Source of the DNA: an uncultured Chloroflexia bacterium
GTDB lineage: Bacteria; Chloroflexota; Limnocylindria; Limnocylindrales; CSP1-4
Assembly (NCBI GenBank): GCA_963819655.1
Contig: CAWFXA010000002.1
Coordinates: 800,001 to 864,000, forward strand
DNA length: 64,000 bases
Direction: 5' to 3'
Numbering within the stretch: the first letter of the stretch is position 1; the number at the start of each line of letters is the position of its first letter. The translations under genes were made by a program, and so were the position numbers. Of the stretch, positions 26,586 through 35,266 are shown one piece after another. Under the pieces are notes generated by a model that did no database searches, had not been told where the DNA came from, and worked only from the letters and a program-made list of their open reading frames with translations.

Positions 26586-27965
26586 GTGGCCAGCGCCGCC
26601 CCGTCCACCGGCCCAGCGTCACGCGCCCGTGGCCTTGCCGGCCTGACCCCGAGCGGCCGGGCGATCGTTCCGACCGCGTGGTCCCTGTACGACTTCGCGA
26701 ACACGATCTTCAGCTTCGCGGTCGTCTCAGGGGCGATCGGCCTGTACCTCAACGACCAGTTCGGCCCGCGGGACGGTGGTGTCCTCCTGGCCGTGTCGGT
26801 CGCGCTGAGCGTGGGCCTCAACGCCCTTGTCTCGCCGATCCTCGGGGCGATCTCCGACCGTGGCGGTCGGCGGATGCCGTTCCTCCTGGCGTTCACGGCA
26901 CTCTGCATCGGATCGACCTTCTTCATCGCCGACGTGGCGCCGCTCATCGGTCTCGCACTGTTCATGGTCGCGAACTTTGCGTACCAGGCCGCGTTGATCT
27001 ATTACGACGCGACGCTCAAGACGGTGTCGTACCCGGAGTCGCGCGGGCGGTCTGTCGGGCATCGGGACGGCGATCGGGTACTGCGGCACGATCGTCGTGG
27101 GTTGCTGATCGCGCTGCTCGACGTACCGGTCGAGGATCGGTTCCGACTGGCGGCCGCGCTGTATCTCGTGTTCGCCATCCCGATCTTCCTGGTCGTCAAG
27201 GAGCCGCGGCACCCGTGACGAACCGCCGCTGCGCGCGGCCGATGTCATCGCGGTCGTTCGGCCAGCTCCGCGACTCGATCGAGCATGCGCGTGCCGTCCC
27301 AGGACTCGGTCGGTTCCTTGTCGGACGGTTCTTCTACAGCGACGCTGTCAATACGGTCATCGTGGTCATGAGCGTCGTCACGACCGAAACGCTCGGCGTG
27401 TCCGACGCGGCGGCGAACGGGATCCTGCTCGGCCTCACCGTCGTGGCGAGTCGCGATGAGCTTCGTGTGGGGCTGGCTCGCCGACCGGATCGGGCCGAAG
27501 CGCACGCTTCTGATCGTGCTCGCGTCGTGGGCGGTCGGGCTTGTCATCGGCGGTCTGGCGATCGGACTCGGGTCGGGGGGCTTGCCGCCGTTCCTGGTCG
27601 CCGGAGCCATCCTCGGCTCCGGCCTCGGCGGCGTGACGGTGGCCGACCGGGTGCTGATGGTGCGGCTCTCCCCACCAGACCGGATCGGCGAGTTCTTCGG
27701 CCTGTATGGCCTCGTCGGGAAGGGCTCGCAGGTGATCGGCACGCTGCTCTACGGTCTGACCCTGTTCCTGTTCCTCGACCGGCTCGGCAACGGCGCCTAT
27801 CAGCTCGCGGTCCTCAGCCTCCTCGTGACGATGATCATCGGCGTCTGGCTGATCTGGCCGGTGCGCGACGATTGGGCGGGCAGCGAGGAGGTGCCCGTCA
27901 AGCCGGTCGTCCCGCCCGAGCGCCTCTCCCCGGCGAGCGCACCGATCGAGCCACGCGAGCTCTAG
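26586..27965 (+). pseudogene. MFS transporter (Atg22/UMF1-like), frameshifted (pseudogene or sequencing indels)
   Basis: WSLYDFANT, PILGAISDRGG, GWLADRIGPKR, GEFFGLYG spread over different frames; shifts near 27050, 27100, 27215-27260 and 27450. Confidence 0.8.
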
Positions 27966-27981
27966 TCCGTCACGCCGCGCC

Positions 27982-28779
27982 TCAGCGGTTCAAGCGGCGG
28001 TAGCGCCGGATCGAGAGCGGCAGGAACACCGCGATGATCGCGACCGGCCACAGCACCGCCAGCGCGATGGCATGCGTCGCCACGAACAATTCGCCGCCGA
28101 CGCCCGGGTTGCCGAACAGTGCCCGTGTCGCGGTGACCGTCGCCGACAGGGGGTTCCACTCGGCGAGGGTGCCCAGCCAGACGGGCATCGTCTCGGTCGG
28201 GGCGAAGGTGTTGGTGACCATCGTGAACGGGAACATGACGGTCTGGACGATGGCGAGGGCGGCCGCCCCTGTGACCACGAGGCCCATGAACATGCCCGCC
28301 CACAGGACCGCGAAGCGGAGCAGGAGGAGCAGTCCCACGGCCGCGGCGACTTCGGCTGGACCGGTGTGCCAGCGCCAGCCCAGGGCCAGACCGCAGGCGA
28401 CCATCACCGCCAGCCCGAGCGCCGCATACAACATGTCGGCGATGCCCCGGCCCAGGAGGACCGACAGCGACGACATCGGCATCGACCGGAAACGGTCCGT
28501 CACCCCGCGGTCGGCGTCCTGTGTGACCGCCATCATGGTCTCAGCGGTCCCGAAGGCCATCGTCATCACGAACATCCCGGGCATCAGGTACTCGATGTAC
28601 GGTCCGCCACCGGGGACGGTCATCGCGCCGCCGAACAGGAACGCGAAGAGCACGACAAGCATGATCATGAAGCCGAGGCCGGCGATGATCTGCATGGGCT
28701 CCCGGCGCCAGTATTGGAGCCCCCGCAGGGTCAGCGTCCAGGCATCGGCGAGGGTCCAACGGATCGTGCTCGCGGTCAT
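27982..28779 (-). CDS. ABC-2 type exporter permease (DrrB-like)
   Basis: YLMPGMF, DRFRSMPMS, AEWNPLSATV; about six TM segments. Confidence 0.9.
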   Translation of the reverse strand: MTASTIRWTLADAWTLTLRGLQYWRREPMQIIAGLGFMIMLVVLFAFLFGGAMTVPGGGPYIEYLMPGMFVMTMAFGTAETMMAVTQDADRGVTDRFRSMPMSSLSVLLGRGIADMLYAALGLAVMVACGLALGWRWHTGPAEVAAAVGLLLLLRFAVLWAGMFMGLVVTGAAALAIVQTVMFPFTMVTNTFAPTETMPVWLGTLAEWNPLSATVTATRALFGNPGVGGELFVATHAIALAVLWPVAIIAVFLPLSIRRYRRLNR

Positions 28780-29759
28780 GCGGCCTCCTCCTCTCGGGTG
28801 GTGGTTTCGGCGGCATGGCCTGTCAGCTGCAGGAACACCTCATCGAGAGTCGGTCGGCGCACGCCAACGTCCTCGGCCTCGATCCCGCGGGCATCCAGAT
28901 CGCGGAGCAGCGCTGCCAGGGCCGCCAGTCGGTCGTCGACCGGTGCGCTGACGCGGCGACGATCGACATCGATCTCGGGATCCTGGGGTGACAGGCGGGC
29001 GAGCGCCTCCGCCGCCCCGGCGAGATCATCGTCGTGACGGACGATGCATTCGAGGCGATCGCCCCCGAACCGAGCCTTGAGCTGATCCGGCGATCCTTCG
29101 GCGATGACGCGGCCGAGGTCGACGACGCTGATGCGGTCGGCCAGTTGATCGGCCTCGTCCAGGTACTGCGTGGTGAGGAGGACGGTCGTGCCCTCGCGCA
29201 CGAGGGCGCGGATGGCCGACCAGACCTCGTTCCGGCCGCGCGGGTCCAGACCCGTGGTCGGCTCGTCCAGGAACAGGACCTCCGGCGCCAGGATGAGGCT
29301 GGTCGCCAGGTCGAGGCGTCGTCGCATGCCGCCCGAGTACCGCTTGACGGGCCGATCGGCAGCTTCCTCCAGACCGAACCGCCCCAGCAACTCGTCGGCC
29401 CGCCGACGGGCCGCCGCGCTTCCGATATGGAACAACCGCCCGAACATGACCAGGTTCTCGCGACCGCTGAGCGCTTCGTCGAGAGCGGCGGTCTGGCCGA
29501 CCAGCCCGATCCGCTTGCGCACCTCGCCGGCCGCCCGGCTGACGTCGTGCCCGGCGACTTCCGCGACGCCGCCGTCAGGACGGACGAGCGTCGCCAGGAT
29601 GCGGACGGCCGTCGTCTTGCCTGCGCCGTTCGGGCCGAGCAGCCCGCAGACGGTTCCGGCCGCTACCTCGAGATCGAAGCCGTCGAGCGCGGTCGTGGTC
29701 CGATATCGCTTCACCAGTCCGGTGGCCCGGATAGCCGGGCGACCAGGGGATCCATCCAT
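28776..29759 (-). CDS. ABC exporter ATP-binding protein (DrrA-like)
   Basis: GPNGAGKTT, YSGGMRRRLDLA, LDEPTTGLDP, TTQYLDEAD; AGGAG RBS. Confidence 0.93.
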   Translation of the reverse strand: MDGSPGRPAIRATGLVKRYRTTTALDGFDLEVAAGTVCGLLGPNGAGKTTAVRILATLVRPDGGVAEVAGHDVSRAAGEVRKRIGLVGQTAALDEALSGRENLVMFGRLFHIGSAAARRRADELLGRFGLEEAADRPVKRYSGGMRRRLDLATSLILAPEVLFLDEPTTGLDPRGRNEVWSAIRALVREGTTVLLTTQYLDEADQLADRISVVDLGRVIAEGSPDQLKARFGGDRLECIVRHDDDLAGAAEALARLSPQDPEIDVDRRRVSAPVDDRLAALAALLRDLDARGIEAEDVGVRRPTLDEVFLQLTGHAAETTTREEEAA

Positions 29760-29774
29760 GTTCTCCTCCTGACT

Positions 29775-29822
29775 CGATACGGTGTACGGTGTTTCCCGGT
29801 CATGATACCGTACGCCATACGG
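29775..29822. promoter_or_regulatory. Two probable TetR operators between divergent genes
   Basis: CCGTA-N5-TACGG palindrome at 29808-29822 and imperfect copy CGATA-N5-TACGG at 29775-29789. Confidence 0.6.
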
Positions 29823-29851
29823 AGTTTGCAAGAGGTGCATCATCGTCCGCG

Positions 29852-30685
29852 ATGTCTCCCGAATATCTCGGCCGCGGCGATCCACGACGCAGCCTGGACC
29901 TGCTGTGGGGCGACGGCCCGCGTCCGACGCGCGGGCCCAAGCCCGGCCTGACGGTCGAATCGATCATCGAGGCGGCCATCGAGCTGGCCGGTCAGGACGG
30001 GATCGCCGGGCTCTCCATGCGTCGCGTCGCCGAGCGACTGGGTGTCGGGGCGATGTCTCTGTACACCTACGTGCCGTCGAAGGCCGAGCTCCTCGACCTG
30101 ATGCTCGACACCGTGTACGGCGAGCAGGTCGCGGCCATCCGGTCGGCGACTACCGGCGGGACGGCCGACGACCCACACGCCCCACTCACGGTCGAATGGC
30201 GCGCCGGCCTGGCGGCGCGCGCCCGGGCGGACTGGGATCTGTACCACCGGCATCCATGGATCTTCCAGGTGGCCCACGGCAGGGGTGTTCTTGGCCCCAA
30301 TGAGTTGCGTGCCTACGAAGCGACGCTACGCCTCGTCGACGGGCTGGGGCTGACCGGGCGCGAGATGGTCGCCGTTGTGGACCTGGTCGCGATGTATGTG
30401 GGCGGCGCGGCCCGCTTCGCCGTCGAAGCAGGCCAGGCACCGAAGGTGACCGGCATGTCCGACACGGAATGGTGGCTGGCGCGCGAACAGATCCTGGCTG
30501 AAAAGATCGGCGACGGGTCCGACTTCCCGACGGTGACCCGAGTGAGTGCTGACGGCGGCTTCGACGTGGCGCCGGATGCCGCGGACTACAACAAGGCGTT
30601 CGCTATCGATGACTTCGAGTTCGGCCTGGAACGGGTCCTCGACGGGATCGGCGGGTTCATCGCTGGGCGGCGTCAGTCGGCATAG
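29852..30685 (+). CDS. TetR/AcrR family regulator with TetR_C domain
   Basis: LSMRRVAERLGVGAMSLYTYVPSKAELLDLM HTH; FEFGLERVLDG. Confidence 0.92.
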   Translation: MSPEYLGRGDPRRSLDLLWGDGPRPTRGPKPGLTVESIIEAAIELAGQDGIAGLSMRRVAERLGVGAMSLYTYVPSKAELLDLMLDTVYGEQVAAIRSATTGGTADDPHAPLTVEWRAGLAARARADWDLYHRHPWIFQVAHGRGVLGPNELRAYEATLRLVDGLGLTGREMVAVVDLVAMYVGGAARFAVEAGQAPKVTGMSDTEWWLAREQILAEKIGDGSDFPTVTRVSADGGFDVAPDAADYNKAFAIDDFEFGLERVLDGIGGFIAGRRQSA

Positions 30686-31671
30686 CCGCCCGGGCGCGCG
30701 CGGCGCCAGGCCCACGCCGAGCCGACCATCTCCTCCAGGTCCGGTCGCCGCGCCGCCCATCCGAGGATCGCTTTCGCGCGCAGTGGTGAGGCGACCAGGA
30801 CCGGGGGATCGCCGGGCCGTCGCGGCCCGACCTCGTAGTCGATCGGCCGACCCACCACAGCCTCGGCGGCCGCGATGACCTCCAGGTTGGTGGCGCCCTC
30901 GCCGTTGCCGAGGTTGCACGCGAGCAGACCGTCGCCCGTGCGCTGGTCGCCCGCGACGGTCGCCTCGAGCGCGAGGAGGTGGGCGTCGGCTAGGTCGGCA
31001 ACGTGAATGTAGTCACGGACGCACGTGCCGTCACGGGTCGGGTAGTCGTCCCCGAACAGTGTCAGCCGACGGCCGGCATCCACCGCCTGCAGGATCGCCG
31101 GGATGATGTGGGTCTCGGGCTCGTGGTCCTCGCCGATCGCGTCGGTCGCGCCGGCAACGTTGAAGTACCGCAGCGACACGCCGCGCAGCCCGTAGGCCTT
31201 CGCGTACCAGTCGAGCGCACCCTCGAATGAGCGCTTCGTCTCGCCGTACGGATTGATCGGGCGGAGCGGCGCGTCCTCGCTGATCGGGGTGGCGTCCGGG
31301 ACACCGTAGACGGCAGCGGTCGAGGACAGGACGAATCGGTCGACGCCGATCTCCCGCGCGGCCTCCAGCAGCGCGATGCCGCCGGCCACGTTGTCCCGGA
31401 AGTAGCGGGCGGGCTCGACCAGCAATTCGCCGACCAGCGAGCGTGACGCGCAATGGAGGATCGCCTCGATCCGCGCGTCGGCGAGAAGTGAGGCAGTCGC
31501 CGACCCGTCGCCGTAATCGCCGACGACCAGACGCGCCCCGTCCGGCACAGCCGCGCGGTGCCCGGTCGAGAGGTCGTCCAGCACGACGACCTCATGGCCG
31601 GCCGCGAGGAACGCCTCGACGGAGACCGCACCCACGTAGCCCGCCCCGCCTGTGACGAGGATCCGAGTCAT
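30673..31671 (-). CDS. galE: UDP-glucose 4-epimerase
   Basis: ILVTGGAGYVG, SSTAAVYG, PYGETK, LRYFNVAGA, DGTCVRDYIHV, RRPGDP. Confidence 0.93.
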   Translation of the reverse strand: MTRILVTGGAGYVGAVSVEAFLAAGHEVVVLDDLSTGHRAAVPDGARLVVGDYGDGSATASLLADARIEAILHCASRSLVGELLVEPARYFRDNVAGGIALLEAAREIGVDRFVLSSTAAVYGVPDATPISEDAPLRPINPYGETKRSFEGALDWYAKAYGLRGVSLRYFNVAGATDAIGEDHEPETHIIPAILQAVDAGRRLTLFGDDYPTRDGTCVRDYIHVADLADAHLLALEATVAGDQRTGDGLLACNLGNGEGATNLEVIAAAEAVVGRPIDYEVGPRRPGDPPVLVASPLRAKAILGWAARRPDLEEMVGSAWAWRRARPGGYAD

Positions 31672-31681
31672 GGGCCGAACC

Positions 31682-32080
31682 TTAGCGGCGGCGGAGCCGA
31701 TCGATGATGGATCGCCGCTCCGGTGTTCTGGCAGGCTCCGACTCCCCATCCGGCGCTGGCACGGCCTCGGGCCGCGCCGGTGGGGGCGGTGGGGCTGCCG
31801 GCATCGGATCGTCCACGGGTTCGCCGCGGGTCGCGAGCACTTCCTCGAGTCGGACCGCCAGCCGGCGCGCCGCCTCGTTCTCCGGATCGATGACGAGTGC
31901 GCGCCGGGCGAGCAGGTAGGCCCCCAGGTCGTCCGTCCGCTCCAGCGCCACCCGCGCCAGACCGACGACCGCGATCGAATTGCGCGGATCCGACGTCGCG
32001 ACCTGGTGGTACAGCTCCTCGGCGCGATCGACGCGCCCGAACGACAGGGCCCGCTCCGCTTCGAGCAGCAGCTCGATCAT
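31682..32080 (-). CDS. Tetratricopeptide-repeat protein
   Basis: AEELY..VA..DPRNSIAVVGLARVA, RALVIDPENEAA; ATGA overlap with upstream gene. Confidence 0.75.
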   Translation of the reverse strand: MIELLLEAERALSFGRVDRAEELYHQVATSDPRNSIAVVGLARVALERTDDLGAYLLARRALVIDPENEAARRLAVRLEEVLATRGEPVDDPMPAAPPPPPARPEAVPAPDGESEPARTPERRSIIDRLRRR

Positions 32081-33492
32081 CGGCTGGGATCCTGCGCGGC
32101 CATCGACCGCGCGACCGCAAGGAGCCGGTCGCGGGTGTTGAGCGTCGGATCGCCGATCACCCGGTCGAGCAGCCGTTGCAGGGTCCGGCCGACGATCGGC
32201 CCGGGCTTCCAGCCGAATTCCGTCATCAGGTCGGAGCCGTCGATCGCTAATGCCTTCAGGTCGAGAGCCGCGCCCGAGGTCAGCTGTGCCGCGACGCGGC
32301 CCTTGAGCTCGGTGAGACGGCCGGCATCCGGCGGGTTGCCGGACCCGACGTTGTCCGCCTCACGCAGGAGGAACAGGTCGTCGAGTGCATCCTTCCCGAC
32401 CTTCACGATGAACCGACGGATCGCAGCGTCGGACCAGGTCGGCACGTATCCGAACATGTGGTTGCGGATGAGATGGACCACGCGCTCCCGCTCGGTTGTC
32501 GGCCAGCGCCAGCGATCGAGCACCTCGCGGGCCTGCTGGGCGCCGACGATCTCGTGGCCGACGAACCGACCGTCAGCCATCGTCGATGGCTTGCCCAGAT
32601 CGTGCAGCAGGGCTGCCAACCGGATCCGTATCGGCTCCGACACGGCGCCATCGACGGCGCGCAGAGTGTGGTCCCACAGATCCTCGCCGGGAACCTTGTT
32701 CTGGGGCACGCCCCGCTGCGCCGCCAGCTCGGGTGTCAGGTGAGCCAAGAGACCGGTGTCGAACAGCGGCCGGAGACCCGTCGACGGCCGTGAGGCCGCG
32801 AGAAGCTTGCCCATCTCCGCCCCGATGCGTTCGCCCGACAGGTGGCTGACGAGCTCGGCGCGAGACCCGATCGCGCCCAGCGTTGCCGGCTCGATCGTGA
32901 AGTCGAGGGTCGCCACCAGTCGGACGGCTCGGACCATCCTCAGCGCATCCTCACCGAACCGCGTCGCCGGGTCGCCGACCGCGCGGAGGGTGTGCGCCGC
33001 GAGGTCGGCGCGGCCGCCGTACGGGTCGACGAACCGCGGCTCGCTGCCCGGTTCGGCACCCCACGCCATCGCGTTGACCGTGAAGTCGCGACGCGCCAGG
33101 TCCACCTCGATCGAGTCGCCGAACTCCACCCGATGCGGCCGCCGGTAGTCCGCGTAGTCGTGGTCGGACCGGAACGTCGTGATCTCGACCTCGCCGACTC
33201 CTGGGTCACCGCCCCTGACCGCTACGGTCCCGAACTGGTTTTCGTAGGTGGCCCCCGGAAACAGGCTCGCCGTCATCTCGGGGAGGGCCGAGGTGGTCAG
33301 GTCCCAGTCCGTCGCAGGGCGACCCAGGAGCAGGTCGCGCACGGACCCGCCGACCACGTATGCGGCGTGGCCTTCGGACCACAGTGTCCCGAGGAGCTCG
33401 TGGATGGCGGCGGGGATCGCCGATGATGGATCGACCGGGGCTCGTCCCGCGTCGAGCGTCAGTTCCGCCCCAGGAAGAGGTAGGTGCGCCAT
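32077..33492 (-). CDS. cca: CCA tRNA nucleotidyltransferase with HD domain
   Basis: YVVGGSVRD..DWDLTT, EITTFR, DLARRDFTVNAMA, EDALRMVRA, ERIGAE, ALLHDLGK. Confidence 0.9.
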   Translation of the reverse strand: MAHLPLPGAELTLDAGRAPVDPSSAIPAAIHELLGTLWSEGHAAYVVGGSVRDLLLGRPATDWDLTTSALPEMTASLFPGATYENQFGTVAVRGGDPGVGEVEITTFRSDHDYADYRRPHRVEFGDSIEVDLARRDFTVNAMAWGAEPGSEPRFVDPYGGRADLAAHTLRAVGDPATRFGEDALRMVRAVRLVATLDFTIEPATLGAIGSRAELVSHLSGERIGAEMGKLLAASRPSTGLRPLFDTGLLAHLTPELAAQRGVPQNKVPGEDLWDHTLRAVDGAVSEPIRIRLAALLHDLGKPSTMADGRFVGHEIVGAQQAREVLDRWRWPTTERERVVHLIRNHMFGYVPTWSDAAIRRFIVKVGKDALDDLFLLREADNVGSGNPPDAGRLTELKGRVAAQLTSGAALDLKALAIDGSDLMTEFGWKPGPIVGRTLQRLLDRVIGDPTLNTRDRLLAVARSMAAQDPSR

Positions 33493-33974
33493 GCATCGTT
33501 CCGCTCGTCCGTGAGGTACGGCGTGAACAGCGAATAGATGTCGCTGCGCGGCTCGAACGGGGTGCGGTGGAGCCGGAGGCGCGCTTCCTCGAGGGTCTTG
33601 CCGCCCTTGCGGTGATTGCATGACTTGCAGGCGGTGACGAGGTTCTCCCACGTGTGCCCGCCCCCACGATGACGGGGCATGACATGGTCGAGCGTCAGGT
33701 CGTGCGTCTGGCGCCCGCAGTACTGGCAGACATGACGGTCGCGCGCGAATACCTCGCGACGGGACAGTTTCACCCGCGGGCGGGGCCGGCGGATCATGTG
33801 CTGCAGCCGGATGACGGAGGGCGCGCGGAACTCAGTCCGCGGCGTCCGGATCATCTGGTGGTCGTACTCGATCACCTCGGCCTTCTCGCCGAACAGAAGA
33901 CGGAAGGCCCTTGGCAGATTGCAGACGTTCAGCGGCTCGTAGTTCTGGTTCAGAACGAGAACGACGCCGTCCAT
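33459..33974 (-). CDS. HNH endonuclease (McrA-like conserved family)
   Basis: VLVLNQNYEPL, PSVIRL, RDRHVCQYCG, TLDHVMPR..GG..WENLVTACKSCNHRKG. Confidence 0.92.
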   Translation of the reverse strand: MDGVVLVLNQNYEPLNVCNLPRAFRLLFGEKAEVIEYDHQMIRTPRTEFRAPSVIRLQHMIRRPRPRVKLSRREVFARDRHVCQYCGRQTHDLTLDHVMPRHRGGGHTWENLVTACKSCNHRKGGKTLEEARLRLHRTPFEPRSDIYSLFTPYLTDERNDAWRTYLFLGRN

Positions 33975-34047
33975 GGTGGGCGGAGGATAACAAGAACGCA
34001 GCGCGCCGCTGGGCGCGTGACCTAATGGTCGGCCAGCACGTGCTCCG

Positions 34048-34992
34048 TCACGCCTCGCGACCGGTCGCGCGGCCAGTCCGCTGGTCCCAGCCACCGGCCT
34101 GGCCCACCTTTGTCGTGAGCGGCTTCCCGAGGGCTTCCGCGATGAAGCGCGCCGCGACGAGGACGCCTTCGAGGGTCACGCCGTGCTCGTATCCGGACGC
34201 GTCGAGCATGTACACGAGATCCTCGGTCGCGAGGTTGCCGGCCGCTCCCGGCGCGTACGGGCAACCACCGGTCCCGCCGGTCGCGGAATCGAACGTCCGC
34301 ACGCCGGCCGCGAGACCCATCGCGACGTTGGCCAGCGCCGTCCCGCGCGTGTCGTGGAAGTGGTAGGCCTGCTGGCTCAGAGGTATCCCCGCCGCCTCCG
34401 CCAAAGCCACGACCTCAGCCACCTGGTCCGGGACGCCCACACCGATCGTGTCGCCGAAACAGATCTCGTCTGCACCGAGCGCGACGAGTCGGACCGCCAC
34501 GTCGACCGCGTCCGCTGGGTCGACTCGACCGGTGTATGGGCATCCGAACGCCGTCGAGACGTAGGCGCGTCGCCACCAACCGAGCTTCCTGGCACGCGCC
34601 AGCACGGGCGCGAACGCGGTAAGCAATTCGTCGACGGTCATGCCGATGTTGTGCCGCGTGAACGCGTCCGTCGCGGCCGTGAAGACGGCGATCGCGTCGA
34701 CGCCTGCCGCCTCTGCGCGAACCATGCCGCGCTCGTTCGGCACGAGGACCGGGTAGCGCACGCCCGGTCGTCGAGGAAGGCGCCCGAGCAGGTCGTCTGC
34801 GTCGGCGAGCTGTGGGATCGCGCGCGGCGACACGAACGAGGTAGCTTCGATCTCCTGGACGCCGGCGTCGACGAGCAACTCGATGAAGCGAACCTTGACG
34901 TCGGTCGGGACGGAGACCGCCTCGTTCTGCAGGCCATCGCGCGGCCCAACTTCGTAGATCCGGACGTGGCGCCCGCCGGGTCCCGGCGTCAT
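34048..34992 (-). CDS. Hydroxymethylglutaryl-CoA lyase (LiuE-like)
   Basis: EVGPRDGLQNE, SFVSP, AFGCPY, GDTIG, HFHDTRG, GGCPYAPGAAGN. Confidence 0.93.
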   Translation of the reverse strand: MTPGPGGRHVRIYEVGPRDGLQNEAVSVPTDVKVRFIELLVDAGVQEIEATSFVSPRAIPQLADADDLLGRLPRRPGVRYPVLVPNERGMVRAEAAGVDAIAVFTAATDAFTRHNIGMTVDELLTAFAPVLARARKLGWWRRAYVSTAFGCPYTGRVDPADAVDVAVRLVALGADEICFGDTIGVGVPDQVAEVVALAEAAGIPLSQQAYHFHDTRGTALANVAMGLAAGVRTFDSATGGTGGCPYAPGAAGNLATEDLVYMLDASGYEHGVTLEGVLVAARFIAEALGKPLTTKVGQAGGWDQRTGRATGREA

Positions 34993-35002
34993 CGACCGGT
35001 CG

Positions 35003-35242
35003 TCAGACGAGCGGCGGGTCCACCGCCCGCTCGATCCGGGCGATCTCGATCTCGATTCGGCCGATCAGCTCGATCGCCTCGACGTGCTCCGAGCTGCCGT
35101 GGGACGCCGCGTTACGACGCGCCCGGGTCTCGCGATGAAGGTCGAGGAGCTCGAGACGGGTCTGCGGCAGGGTGGTCCCTGTGCGCTGGGCGGCCTTCGC
35201 CGCGTGCTTCGTCCGCTTCTCGAGCTTCTTCTTCTCGCCCAC
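35003..35242 (-). CDS. Small hypothetical protein (79 aa, basic N-terminus, helical)
   Basis: Fills the gap co-directionally; TACGAT 6 nt before GTG. Confidence 0.6.
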   Translation of the reverse strand: MGEKKKLEKRTKHAAKAAQRTGTTLPQTRLELLDLHRETRARRNAASHGSSEHVEAIELIGRIEIEIARIERAVDPPLV

Positions 35243-35266
35243 GACCGAATCGTACCGCGTCCGCGA

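Noticed and set aside
33459-33974. HNH as a homing endonuclease, intron or restriction system
   Set aside because: No intron or intein context and no methyltransferase; it resembles the widespread chromosomal HNH family.
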